A stretch of DNA of 39,853 nt, from assembly GCA_032718475.1 (NCBI GenBank), contig JAUCBJ010007017.1, forward strand, positions 1 to 39,853, written 5' to 3'. The first letter of the stretch is position 1. Each line of letters opens with the position of its first letter. The notes under the pieces are model-generated. The model made no database searches, was not told the origin of the DNA, and was given only the letters and a program-made list of their open reading frames with translations. This document shows positions 1-12,285 of the stretch, in pieces. Source of the DNA: Nemertoderma westbladi (taxonomy: Eukaryota > Animalia > Xenacoelomorpha). A program made the translations under genes and the position numbers.

Positions 1-24
1 GTTGGCGGGATTGAATAAGCTAAC

Positions 25-1855
25 ACCGGTACAATGGATGTACCGGTACAATGGATGTACCGGTACCATGGATGTACCGGTACCATGGATGTACCGGTAC
101 CATGGATGTACCGGTACCATGGATGTACTGGTACCATGGATGTACCGGTACCATGGATGTACCGGTACCATGGATGTACCGGTACCATGGATGTACCGGT
201 ACCATGGATGTACCGGTACCATGGATGTACCGGCACCATGGATATACCGGTACCATGGATGTACCGGTACCATGGATGTACCGGTACATAGATGTACCGG
301 TACCATGGATGTACCGGTACCATGGATGTACCGGTACCATGGATGTACCGGTACCATGGATGTACCGGTACCATGGATGTACCGGTACCATGGATGTACC
401 GGTACCATGTATCTACCGGTACCATGTATGTACCGGAACCATGTATGTACCGGTACCATGGATGTACCGGTACCATGGATGTACCGGTACCATGGATGTA
501 CCGGTACCATGGATGTACCGGTACCATGGATGTACCGGTACCATGGATGTACCGGTACCATGGATGTACCGGTACCATGGATGTACCGGTACCATGGATG
601 TACCGGTACCATGGATGTACCGGTACCATGTATCTACCGGTACCATGTATGTACCGGAACCATGTATGTACCGGTACCATGGATGTACCGGTACCATGGA
701 TGTACCGGTACCATGGATGTACCGGTACCATGGATGTACCGGTACCATGGATGTACCGGTACCATGGATGTACCGGTACCATGGATGTACCAGTACCATG
801 GATGTACCGGTACCATGGATGTACCGGTTCACATGGATGTACCGGTGCCATGGATGTACCGGTGCCATGGATGTACCGGTACCATGGATGTACCGGTACC
901 ATGGATGTACCGGTACCATGGATGTACCGGTACAATGGATGTACCGGTACAATGGATGTACCGGTACCATGGATGTACCGGTACCATGGATGTACCGGTA
1001 CCATGGATGTACCGGTACCATGGATGTACTGGTACCATGGATGTACCGGTACCATGGATGTACCGGTACCATGGATGTACCGGTACCATGGATGTACCGG
1101 TACCATGGATGTACCGGAACTATGGATGTACCGGTACCATGTATGTACCGGTACCATGTATGTACCGGTACCATGTATGTACCGGTACCATGTATGTACC
1201 GGTACCATGGATGTACCGGTACCATGGATGTACCGGTACCATGGATGTACCGGTACCATGGATGTACCGGTACCATGGATGTACCGGTACCATGGATGTA
1301 CCGGTACCATGGATGTACCGGTACCATGGATGTACCGGTACCATGGATGTACCGGCACCATGGATGTACCGGTACCATGGTTGTACCGGTACCATGGATG
1401 TACCGGTACCATGTATGTACCGGTACCATGGATGTACCGGTACCATGGATGTACCGGTACCATGGATGTACCGGTACCATGTATGTACCGGTACCATGGA
1501 ATTACCGGTACCATGGATGTACCGGTACCATGGATGTACCGGTACCATGGATGTACCGGTACCATGGATGTACCGGTACCATGGATGTACCGGTACCATG
1601 GATGTACCGGTACCATGGATGTACCGGTACCATGGATGTACCGGTATCATGGATGTACCGGTACCATGGATGTACCGGTACCATGGATGTACCGGTACCA
1701 TGGATGTACCGGTACCATGGATGTACCGGTACCATGGATGTACCGGTACCATGTATGTACCGGTACCATGGAATTACCGGTACCATGGATGTACCGGTAC
1801 CATGGATGTACCGGTACCATGGATGTACCGGTACCATGGATGTACCGGTACCATG
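25..1855. repeat. 17-bp minisatellite (ATGGATGTACCGGTACC)n, ~107 copies, intronic
   Basis: 17-bp period visible directly. The unit contains overlapping palindromes GTACCGGTAC, GGTACC and CCATGG. It explains the 17-aa periodic ORFs in all frames. Confidence 0.97.
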
Positions 1856-1860
1856 CATAC

Positions 1861-2031
1861 CTCAAGGGATTTTATATTCTTTCTACACAATTTCTCCAAC
1901 TCCTGGAGATCATTGTCGCCTTTACTAATAGTATCCAACAAAGCAGGAATATTAATGTTGTGTTGCTCCGACATTTCTGATACTTTGCCACGTAAACTAG
2001 TTATCACCGATCGCTGCCTCGGTATTTCTGT
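1861..2031 (-). CDS. SYNE1: Nesprin-1-like spectrin-repeat protein, exon (TEIPRQ...IKSLE), 171 nt, phase 0/0
   Basis: Acceptor ttgcag and donor gtatgc; open helical frame, phase-compatible with the preceding exon. Confidence 0.85.
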
Positions 2032-2194
2032 CTGCAATAGAGTAAAATGGCGGAATATTTAAATGAACAATAATGACTTTTAGCAATTTAAAAGAGTTGA
2101 CATGATAATATTGAAGGTTATTGTGTTATTGTAAGTGTGTGTAATGCAGGATAGTTATGCAGTTTGATAAATGTTACACTTGAAGTTTACTTAC

Positions 2195-2314
2195 TTGTTT
2201 TTGAGACAACTTTTCTCCAGTATTGTCTGAATTATCCCAATTTATATCCGAGCTCAAATGCAGAAGGGCTTCCTCCGACCAAAGTCTAAACGGTTCCAAA
2301 TTCTCATTCACGTA
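2195..2314 (-). CDS. SYNE1: Nesprin-1-like exon (YVNENLEPFRLW...SQKQ), 120 nt, phase 0/0
   Basis: Acceptor cacttag, donor gtaagt, no stops. Too short for the ORF track; translated by hand. Confidence 0.8.
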
Positions 2315-2527
2315 CTAAGTGATAAAAAACATCAAGAATAAAGTTTATCTGGCGTCAATCCAATATTATCAATAACATTTAATTACATATAAGTAACTCA
2401 TTGATAAATATTAATTTAAGTTAATAATTTAATTATTAATTATTTTTTGTTAATAATTGTCCGATGCAGCGAATAATTTTTTATATTTATATACAATTTT
2501 ATTCAATTTATAAAGTTATTTATCTAC

Positions 2528-2728
2528 CTTCCAGTCTTTAAGCAGGAGATTCATTTGTTCTGTTTTAGCATCCAACTTGCCCAGTAGTAGATGCCACTTC
2601 CCCCTCAACGCATCCAAATTATCGTCAGGGAGCAACCATTCGTTGGCAATAGATTTAGAGAGTTTCTCTACCAGTTCATTAGCTTCATCCAATAAAGGTT
2701 GCTTGGTAACCAGTAGTTCAGAATGATC
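2528..2728 (-). CDS. SYNE1: Nesprin-1-like exon (DHSELL...LRGKWHLL...KDWK), 201 nt, phase 0/0
   Basis: Acceptor gattag, donor gtagat; spectrin-repeat Trp pattern. Confidence 0.85.
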
Positions 2729-3019
2729 CTAATCAAATACAACGCAATAATTAATTAATTTATTTAGTAATACTGCAACTCCGTTTGTTGCAGAATAAAA
2801 AAGGGGTTAAAATAATATCTTTTTGATCACAAATTTTAATAATAGTAAAAAAAAAAAAAAATAGAATACAACCATTCCGTATGATTCTAACTTTTAATTC
2901 TACCTATAATATAATATTAATGATTTAAATTAAATATAAAATATATTAATTATTAAAGCATGTAAACAGACTTATATTCGCTGTTATTCGATTTGTAGTA
3001 AGTGAACCTATTTATGCAC

Positions 3020-3190
3020 CTTGTATGATTCCAAAAGTAGTGCAACATCATCCGCATTGCGGACATTGGATGTTTCTTGCGACAGCTGTTGTTGAGCGTC
3101 GTTAATTCTTTCATGGAGTGATTCAACAACATCGTCATAACGAGATATTAAGCTCAGCAAAGTATTGTAATGACTCTCCTTCTTAATCAA
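3020..3190 (-). CDS. SYNE1: Nesprin-1-like exon (LIKKESHY...LESYK), 171 nt, phase 0/0
   Basis: Acceptor acccag, donor gtgcat; matches ORF 3008..3190. Confidence 0.82.
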
Positions 3191-3360
3191 CTGGGTAAAA
3201 ATAAAAAAATAAACGTCTAAATTACGGGAGTATCAGTAATGAACAACAAACAGTGACCCATAATAGTAGATGAAGGTTTATGAAGATGGGTTAAAGGCTG
3301 ACTTTCGTAAACAAAAGGTAAATAATTAATAGTTATCTAGTTAAATTGTATGTCTCTTAC

Positions 3361-3499
3361 CAGTATACTAAGTTCATCTCTCCTTTTATTGAAATCAGCA
3401 ACTTGTTTACTGAGCTGAGGTTCTTTACTTCTATCGATATTAGTAACATCAGCAATAACTGTCCCCATCTGTTGTAAAGGTGCGTTTAAAGCTTGCAGT
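3361..3499 (-). CDS. SYNE1: Nesprin-1-like exon (LQALNAPL...ELSIL), 139 nt, phase 2/0
   Basis: Acceptor ccctttag, donor gtaaga; phase fits both neighbours. Confidence 0.83.
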
Positions 3500-3579
3500 C
3501 TAAAGGGAAACAAGGTTGATTAAGACTGTTTCTTGTATGTTAGAAAGATTACGTGACATTTAATGATAAAATGAGAGCC

Positions 3580-3962
3580 ACATTATAGACTGAAGGGTAG
3601 ATGTAGACACGTATAGGATACATTTTAAGTTACAACTCCCGTTCAACACAGCTCAGCAATAATGTCGACAATGTCGTCCAAGTGGGATGAAGCCGGACTT
3701 CCAATTTACTCAAAAATCAAATCGTATCCAATTTAATGTTTATAAATCTTGGGTTTTTCTGAGGCGGAATAACGTGATATGTTGCTACGTATATTAGGAG
3801 CATTTATTTCTAAACAATTATTCCTATTTAGTAATTCCGTCAGTAATATAGTGTTACATGTGTGTTATGCATTACTTATGTGTCCAATGTACATTATGTT
3901 GTTCCCGGATTGCCGGCGTACGAAATGAAATGAAATGAAAGGAAATAAATAAATAAATAAAA
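3580..3962 (+). mobile_element. Probable 3' remnant of a non-LTR retroelement ending in a (GAAAT)n(AAAT)n tail
   Basis: Simple-repeat tail at ~3921-3962 is typical of LINE/SINE 3' ends. The 5' boundary is a guess and no recognisable ORF was found. Confidence 0.35.
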
Positions 3963-3986
3963 TATTATAAGCGGCTTATAACCCAC

Positions 3987-5293
3987 CTGGATTTCATTTC
4001 CAGAACTCCGCGTTGTTTTTCTTTAACTAATTCTACTTTTACAATTTTATCAGAATGTTTGCATATCGTCTGTCGTTGAATCGCATCTAACACCCCGCTT
4101 ATATCTTCTATTAGCGAACCAAATTGTAACATCAGCTTCTCCATTATTACTAGTTGCTGCAAAGCATTCTCGATCTTATGGCTTACATCTGAAGCATTAT
4201 TCAGTACAGCAGATGTTACATCGATAAATGTTAAAGTGGCATAGGTTTCCCTATCAATTACTTTTAATTTGCAATCCAACGACTTATTGTCTAGATACGA
4301 AGAATTGCGTTCCCATGGTGACATTACCTTAAATATTTGACTAAGTTGTGATTGGTAGTTACCCAGTTGAACCTCATTCACATCACCACTCTCACTTATT
4401 GCGTTGACTTCCAGTAACTGCTTTTCAATATCTTCACGCAGGGTTAGCAGCTTATCCCATTGGTCCAGCTGTGTTTCGCGTAGATTCACAAACCTCATAA
4501 ATTCATTCTCAACTTCTATTAGTTCGTTGTAACCACCCATAGCTTCAAGAACTTCAGAATTTTCTCTACTAGAGGAATATTTCGCAAACTGAGTCGCGAT
4601 TTTCGAAGAATTTTCTAGATTTTCTTCAAATTTTTCTCTCGTTTGTATAATTAAGGCACGTTGATTTACAATTTCATCCGCGAAAACCTTCAATTCGAGA
4701 TTTAATTCCAATGACTTGCTATCAATAATCTCCTTATATTTAGCAAAATCGTTCTGAAAAGTCTCTCTGGCATCTATAGTGGAATTCAATAGGTCCAATC
4801 GCTCTGCAATTTGCTGACTATCACGTCTCCAACGCGCATCAATGTTAGCCAATGATGTTGCTATGGAGCCTGTTGCATTTGTAGTCTGTAAATGATTACC
4901 TATTGATGACCACTCATTGTATTGTGATTGACACTCTCTTAGTTGATTCTCCATGTTACTGTACGTGTTTATATATTCAAGAAGAACATTTCGGGAATGT
5001 TTATCATAATGAGCGGCATCCTCTTCTAATCTACCTTCTATGCTCTCCAGTACGTTAACCAAAATATCCCGTAAATGCTCGTATTGTTGCCATGTTCGCA
5101 TGTTATTGGACAACTCAGAATGTCGAGCCTCAGCATGATTGGCTGCCAACTTCCAGCGTTTCTCCATAGTGTCAGTCTCATTGGTTGCTTCGGTTGATAC
5201 TAGGACGGCCTTGTGGCGAAGCTCCACAATGTCACCTCTATGATCTTGGATGTCGTTTTTAATTACCTTATTTGCTTCCAATAAAGATCCAAT
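3987..5293 (-). CDS. SYNE1: Nesprin-1-like large exon, 1307 nt, phase 0/2
   Basis: ORF 3965..5281 is helical with spectrin-like motifs (EKRWKL, TWQQYE, DARWRR); acceptor aaatag, donor gtgggt. Confidence 0.9.
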
Positions 5294-5512
5294 CTATTTA
5301 TAAATATTATAATGAATTAACTCTTGAATGCATCTAATGTAAGTGTAATGTAATATTATACTAATCAATAGCTGTTGTAGATCAAATCCAAAACATATAG
5401 CTTTGTAACATTATATATCAAAGGGGTTTCTCACATAAATTATGATACCTAGAATCTACCATCATGTAGAATGAAGTCTATCCATATTAATGTTAACCAG
5501 ATTTGTACTGAC

Positions 5513-5649
5513 CTCTGTACTATTATTGTATGATAATTCTTCTACAGCCAACTGATGTTCAACCGAGTTGAGCCAAGATCGCAAGTTATCGAGTTTCAAC
5601 TGATATGCCTTCTTATTCCGCAAACTTTCCTCTGCTGTTTCATATTGAC
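5513..5649 (-). CDS. SYNE1: Nesprin-1-like exon (QYETAEES...LRSWLNSVE...STE), 137 nt, phase 1/0
   Basis: Acceptor ttctag, donor gtcagt; spectrin helix-A LxxWL motif; phase matches the exon at 18160. Confidence 0.85.
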
Positions 5650-7230
5650 CTAGAAATTAGACGTTAACTCTTAAATAAAAGTAATTATCTACACAAGTGG
5701 GGCCTTTGTGCAGCGAAAGCTGCAAGCCATCTTAGCGAACAATTATAATTATACTATGGCTAGTTATATATTGACTTCCGACAAGTATGGCTTCCAACAC
5801 ACACACTGGCAGACTTTTGGAAAACGGCCAAATTATAATTATAACAAGTTCGGTGATGGCTCAGCTTGACATAGTTAACAAACTATGTCAAGGTAGGCTG
5901 GCACTTGATGAGTATAGTACATGGCGAAATTTTTATTTATAATAATACTTTCTTTTATTTCCATAACCCAAATATATATATATATATATATGTATAACGA
6001 ACCTTTTACGCCCATTGAATATGTAAAAACGGTTTACATATGCAGTGGCGATTTCGTTCCCAAATATATATTGACGTTCTGTACACATTCGAAGATACTT
6101 TGTAAAGCGCATGAAAATAATGAGTGTATACAGTAGCGTTTTCGTCAAGAAAAAATTCGTCAAAACTTACGATCTTTTAAAAAAACACAGTATGTTAGTT
6201 TTATACAGTATAATTAATAAAAATTGTTAAGTGTAGGTAAACTTTACTGACTTTCAAGTACTGTACAAGTAGAGTAGTTGTATTGAGTAGGATATCAGCC
6301 TACTGTATATACAGTAGTGCAAAACTACTGTAGGCCTACTATACATTCCGATTATTCTGTGTTTCTGTTTATTTATTATTTAATTATTAATTCACAACCA
6401 AGTTTGATATATTTTGTTTTATTAAAACCCTATATCACTATATAACCTGACAATTTCAAATGGGAAGGGGGGGGGGGGATATACGCAAGAAATATTTAAC
6501 CTACTTCAAGGGAAAATCGATGCGCAAATACCACCAACCAGCAAGAATGAAACGGGAACTTACGATATAAACTCTCATGTCACTCAGTTTCCCCTTTCTT
6601 CACACATTTATTCCCCTTGTAAGCTTAATCCGTGCTTTGTTAGCGTTAGGTAAACATGCGAACATTGAACATACAATTTCATTTCAGACGTTAATAAAAT
6701 TATGTTTTGACGACCAACAAGTTACATTACATACTGTAGTAGGCCTATGTAAAAAAACGATGATACGTAAACATTGATACGTAAACAATGATACGTAAAG
6801 TCAATCGCCAGAGACTTGACTTTACCTGACATACTTGACTTGACATTGCATTGACTTGAAATATACCCCATTTGGCTTTGTCATCCTTCAGTTGATATAA
6901 TTCAATTCTCATACTTGATTTGACATACACAAACTTGACTTGAAATTCTTCTGCCAAAAGAAGTCAAATATGCTAAGTTAAGTACGTCAACTTTAAGTCA
7001 AGTAAAGTGATCACTTAAACAGGCTATGATTTCTACATTATTTATGTATACATTTTGTCATTGTCACCACTATATTTCGTCAATTTAAGTCGATGAAATG
7101 CCAAAGGTAGGAAAAAATAAACATTTAAAGTCACAAATACGCCACAAATAATCCAAGTCGACATTTTATATATAGGAATATATAATGTAACAAATTCTCC
7201 AATCGGTGTTGTTAAAACGCCTTTCGTATA

Positions 7231-7368
7231 AAAAATAAATCTAAAGGGTTACAAATACGACGTATTTGTAACCCGTTAGATTTATTTTTAAACTTTCCGC
7301 GATGTGAAGACAAGCTTTGTATGTGACGTCGTCACATACAAAGCTTGTCTTCATATCGCGGAAAGTTT
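7231..7368. repeat. Two abutting long palindromes (29-bp and 39-bp arms, 1-nt centres)
   Basis: 7231-7259 pairs with 7261-7289 (1 mismatch); 7290-7328 pairs with 7330-7368 (1 mismatch). Confidence 0.92.
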
Positions 7369-8379
7369 TGCTATCAGTCGCATTTTTTCTAAGCCCTGAC
7401 ATATTATGCATTAAGCCTATTTATATTAGCCTACTGTACCAGACTGAAAATCATATTTTTTAGATTGTTGGCTGGTTATATTTACTTAACATACTGTACT
7501 TTATTTGACATACAGTATTTGACTTAGCTTATTCTACTTGACATAATTGACTTGACATACTTGACTTGACAAAGTTGATTTAACTAAGATGTGCCAATAA
7601 TGCTCCCACAGGAACCATCAGCTATTACAAAAAGCCCGATAATTGTCAATCATCTAAGTAATCTTCAGGATAACCAATTTCATAATTATAATAGTCGATT
7701 TTTTTGGAGTCCAGCCAATGGCATTCTAGAACGGTTTATGTAGCACAATGTAGCGACGTCATTAAGTACGCTGATTTGCCAACCCTGCGAGTTGGTAAAT
7801 ATTCGGATTCTAGGCCTGGGACGGTATTATGATGGGGGGTGGTAGTGCTGGTGTCAAGTCTAGCATGTCAAGTCAAGTATATCAAAATAAATTAGAAATT
7901 AGAACCTTAACATTCCTACACCATTACTGAATATAGTGTCTTTCTTTTAGTGTCGATATTATATTGCACCAGTTGCGCCGTTATTCTTCGTACTGTATTT
8001 ATAGTGAATTCTGGGTTCCAAAGGAAAGGTCATGGAAGCGTGTCAGAAAACGCGGCTAAAAGCGCGGAAAAAACGCCTCAACGAAAATGGCCTTCTCAGT
8101 AGGCCTTGTGCAAATTATTATTTTTTTTCTACCTTTGGCGTTTTATGGACTTCAATTGACGAAATTGTTTCATAATGCGATTAAGTTGTGACAATGAAAA
8201 GATATATGCATAAATAATGGAATCAAGTGTATTCACAGTGTTGAAGTCAATGGCTTCTATGTCCAACTCAATTTATCGATTAAACTCAATGATATTGAAT
8301 TTATTTTCCTTAAAGTTACCCACTCTTCTACACATGTGTGTGAAAGTCAAAGCCAAGCTAACATTAAAGCATAGAACAT

Positions 8380-8502
8380 CGCCGTGACCGTCACAAAGGT
8401 CGAACCCCCCTCCCCCTGTCACAAAATGTCACGCAAAAAAGACTGTCTACCCCCCCCCCCCCCCCCCCCCCTAGTGCGTGACATACTTTATGAACGCCCC
8501 CC
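8380..8502. mobile_element. One end of a MITE-like DNA transposon (...cgtgacatactttatgaacgcccc)
   Basis: Resembles, from memory, a common invertebrate MITE terminus with a poly-C tract and gtcac/gtgac subrepeats. No partner TIR was found. Confidence 0.35.
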
Positions 8503-9399
8503 TTGTCATTTTATCGACTTCAATTGACGAAATAGTTCCATTATGCGATTAAGTTTTAACAATGAAAACATTTATGCATAAATATTGTAGCAGACATAGC
8601 CTGTTTAAGTGATCACATTACTTGAGGCACTTGACTTCTCTTGGCGGAAGAAATTCAAGTCATGAATTTCAATTCAAGTATGTCAAGTCTGGTCAATTCA
8701 AGTACATATGTCGGGTCAATTATTTTGTCAAGTCAAGTCCTAGTTTGTCAAGTAAAGTGTATCAAGCGAAGTCTAGTATGCCAAGTCAAGCACATTTATA
8801 TCAAGTGAAGTCAAGTACTGTATATCACGTCAGTTATGTCAGGCCAAGTCATGTCAAGTCAATAATTTCAAGTCAAGTAAAATATGTTAATTTGTCAAGT
8901 CAAGTAATGTACAGTATGTTACGTAAATATGTCAACAGAAGTATATCAAATCAAATAGGCCTATATCTTTAAGTCAAGTGGAGTATGACAAATAAATTAT
9001 GTCAAACCAAAAATCACAAGCCATGTCAAGTACCGATATGTCAAATCAAGTATGACAAGTCAAGTATGTCAAATGAAGATGGTAGAAATGAAATGATAGA
9101 TGGGATTCAGTTGTTTCGGTCGCTCTCTCTATGTATAGATAGTAAACAGCAACACAGATTAGCGACGAACTTTATATGAAATACCAGTTGAAGACAGTTT
9201 TTACTTAGAAACCATGAAATGGAGACATAGCTTAATTCGCATTATTTTATAATGAAACAGTAAACGAAATTTTCATATCTATTTTAGTTTTGGAGTTATT
9301 TGATTTTTTGTAGACCTCACTTATTTTGAAATTAGTATAAATTTAAGTGGTCAATTTTTTGTAAGATAAGCTATTACTTTTTCAACATACTATAATTGT

Positions 9400-9949
9400 A
9401 TTTGTCCTACAGGATAATTTTCGCTATGAGTTTTCCTGTTCAGTGATTTCATTTCAATTGTTACTTTCCACGGCTGACGGATTCTAGACTGTCCATCAGT
9501 CTGTCTGTCTGTCTGTGTGTCGGTTTGTCTGTCAAAATTAGGGAAATATGATATGTAACAAAATATTTTGCTTGTGGGTGAAATGAAATCACTGACCAAG
9601 AAAACCCCATAATTATTTGTTAATTTGATATATTTCTCAATTTTGACAGACAAAAGACAAACAGGACAGACAGACCGACAGACAGACAGACGTAAAAACA
9701 TTAAATAATCAATCAAACGTAAAAAAAATAGCTACCGGAAATGAAATTACCGACCAAGAAAACCCCATAAATAGATATGTTTCTTAATTTGATTTATTTC
9801 TCAATTTTGACAGAAAGACAGACCGACAGACAGACGTACAAACATTAAACAATAAATCAAACGTAAACATAGATATCAGAAATGAAATCACCAACCAAGA
9901 AAACCCCATATATAAATTTTTTTGTTAATTTGATTTAGTTCTCAATTTC

Positions 9950-9987
<38 letters not shown>

Positions 9988-10330
9988 AAGTCTAGATTTC
10001 TTTAAACTGGAAAAGTGAAATTTTAACTGTAATTACCACCCAGTGACATTTTAAATGTTATCACCACCCAGAAAAACCTTATAACACAAATTTTGAACAG
10101 TTTGTGCACTTCTTAAATTTTAACAGACTGACAAACCAAAAACAGACAGACTGACTGACATGCAGACAATCGTCTAGAATCGATATATAGTGAAAACCGA
10201 TATCGTATTATAAATCATCGGCAAATAAAAACCCAATAGCAAAAAAATTTAGGTGGTGGTGTTATATTTATTTATTTGTTACATTTTTGACAGAGAAACA
10301 GACAAGTATTCAGACAAACAGACAGAGTGA
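9400..10330. mobile_element. Non-autonomous repeat with (GACA)n microsatellites and ~140-160-bp internal repeats, possibly Helitron/HINE-like
   Basis: The block aaatgaaat..accaagaaaaccccata..aatttgat..tctcaattt.gacaga recurs at ~9581, ~9739 and ~9879. An inverted (CTGT)n block lies at ~9480-9540. The family assignment is inference. Confidence 0.5.
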
Positions 10331-11852
10331 CCTCCAATAAAAATACAAATTAAAATATTGTCGCCAAAGTTCCATACACTGATGTGTATCTGAATTCTGA
10401 CGTATGTACCTAATGTTTTACAAGTCTGCTTTGAAATATCGTAAAAGTTTACATAATAATCCCCCAATTACAGAAAATTGGCGGGAACGTTTGAAACTCT
10501 CATAACTTTAAAGCCGTTTTTCTCAAAACTTTGTTAATATTTGGTCATTAGACTACTAATTTTCAAAACTCAATATCTTTATCGGATTTGAAATCTGTTT
10601 TCAGTGTTCGATTCAGCATAAAAATGTGTATTTGAATCAATAAAAAAACACAAAATTATTTTTTGTAACCGTAGGTCGGATTCTTGATCAAACCCCACAT
10701 TTTTAGATAATTAGTCATTATTATCATATGTAATAAATCACACAAGAATTTGCACCACAGGTTTCTTGGACGTATTTTTAACTTGTATATTTATTTTTTA
10801 TACAACAGACGTGTTTCATCAGTACTAATTACATAATTTGTTACATTATTCATTCTTGCTGTATATATTGCATATTATAATGGCGAATTAATGCTATTAA
10901 CTTTTGACGCATTTGCAACTATATATATATATATTTCATGTGTATGATAAAAAGGCATATATGTTACATACATATATCGCATCATTTTACTACAATTCAA
11001 CATTATTTTGGTGATAGCATTAACTAATGTTTCCTTTATTAAATGAGAATAAAATATTTAAAACAAAAATAATATCTAAAAGTATTAGTTAGTTAGTTTA
11101 TTTATGATGATCTTAATCTGATGATTGTAATCTGAACACTGTATATTGTATAATTCATAGCCCCATAATAAAAATAAATTGGCAAGATACCATCATATCA
11201 GTTCATTATTACCAGCATTAATTCAACACAGTGGCGATCCACTTAGACTATTTACTCTATCTAATGGAAACTACCCATTTACAAGCGAGTTTATCAAAAG
11301 TGAAGCAGTTTAGCACAGAAAAAGCTTTCTTCGTGGTGGATTAAGTAATTTTATGTTCATTGGTACTTTGCACTGGTGGAACAAAAAAATAGTGTGTGAC
11401 ATCTGACTTTAGACCAAAAATACACTGAGAGCGCCACTAAGGCGTAATCGTTACAAGTAGTCAATACGCCCAGATATCCATGATAACGCCCTTGTTACAT
11501 TTCCCAAAATCGTTAAAACGCCGTTATACATAACCATTTATGTCGAATTCGCTACGTGTTACATCTATATATAAATGAGGCAGCACCGTAATGAATTACT
11601 TTAGCTGATAATAGCTGGAAATAAGTGTCAAGTAGGGCTAGCAGGGGCTCGCCTGCCAAGACTACAGTGGAGTTGAACTAATACACAAAATTAGCTAATT
11701 AATTAAGTAAACAGTTGCCGGTAATATATAATTATCATCACAGTCACCCAGACACAATAATTTCGTGACACATCCCGAGGCAGGATAGCGGCACGAAAAT
11801 AAATGTCAACAAATAATGCATCCCTCATTGATCCTTACACACATAATTGGTT

Positions 11853-12285
11853 TTATGTTATGCCGTCGTATCGATGATATTGGCTGAGAAATTTTTTTTT
11901 TAATTGAATTGAGAAATGATTTGTAGTCCTTTTGTAGTTTAGTTGATTTATCTAAAGAGTTCCAGATTTTTATTAATGATACAATTATACTTGAGAAACC
12001 ATAATCATTATTTGTACTTGGTATTGTAATATTTCCTGTTCTAGAATTAATAATTTGATCGGCAGTAGTGTTTCTAATAGTTTTGTTATTAGTAGTATAA
12101 TGTGGGTTTCCCTGTATTCTAATGTTGTTTGTATGTAAAAGTGGTAGTTGTAATTGTTTGAAAGGGCGTGATAGTTTATTTACATATTTATAAAAAAATT
12201 TTAAACCAGTGTACTCTCTAAGTGAGTATAGATTTGGTAATTTAGCTAAGGTGCGTAGCTGCGTGCCAGTCAGGTCACGTATTTT
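11853..12285 (-). pseudogene. LINE ORF2 C-terminal region, frameshifted at a T8 run (12282-12289)
   Basis: Hand translation gives IRDLTGTQLRTLAKLPNLYSLREYTGLKFFYKY...IKIWNSLDK...FLNSIKKKILSQYHRYDGIT*, a typical CR1/L2-group C-terminus. Confidence 0.75.

Larger units (their letters stand above)
6795..9075. mobile_element. Degenerate foldback/MITE-like repeat complex with (GTCAA)n-rich arms
   Basis: ~6935-7120 is an inverted copy of ~8505-8660, with a further copy at ~8120-8220 (shared gtgatcacttaaacaggctatg and tttcgtcaatt(t/g)aagtc). Degenerate GTCAA/TTGAC pentamers switch strand across the region. Confidence 0.55.

Noticed and set aside
2-2062. Long periodic ORFs (686, 625, 562 aa and the minus-strand set)
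   Set aside because: A stop-free 17-bp unit yields the same 17-aa peptide in every frame. The region is intronic to the minus-strand gene and indels switch frames freely.
5921-10467. Short ORFs in the repeat-rich intron
   Set aside because: They are low-complexity translations of GTCAA, GACA and TA repeats, and none is needed for the phase-consistent gene model.
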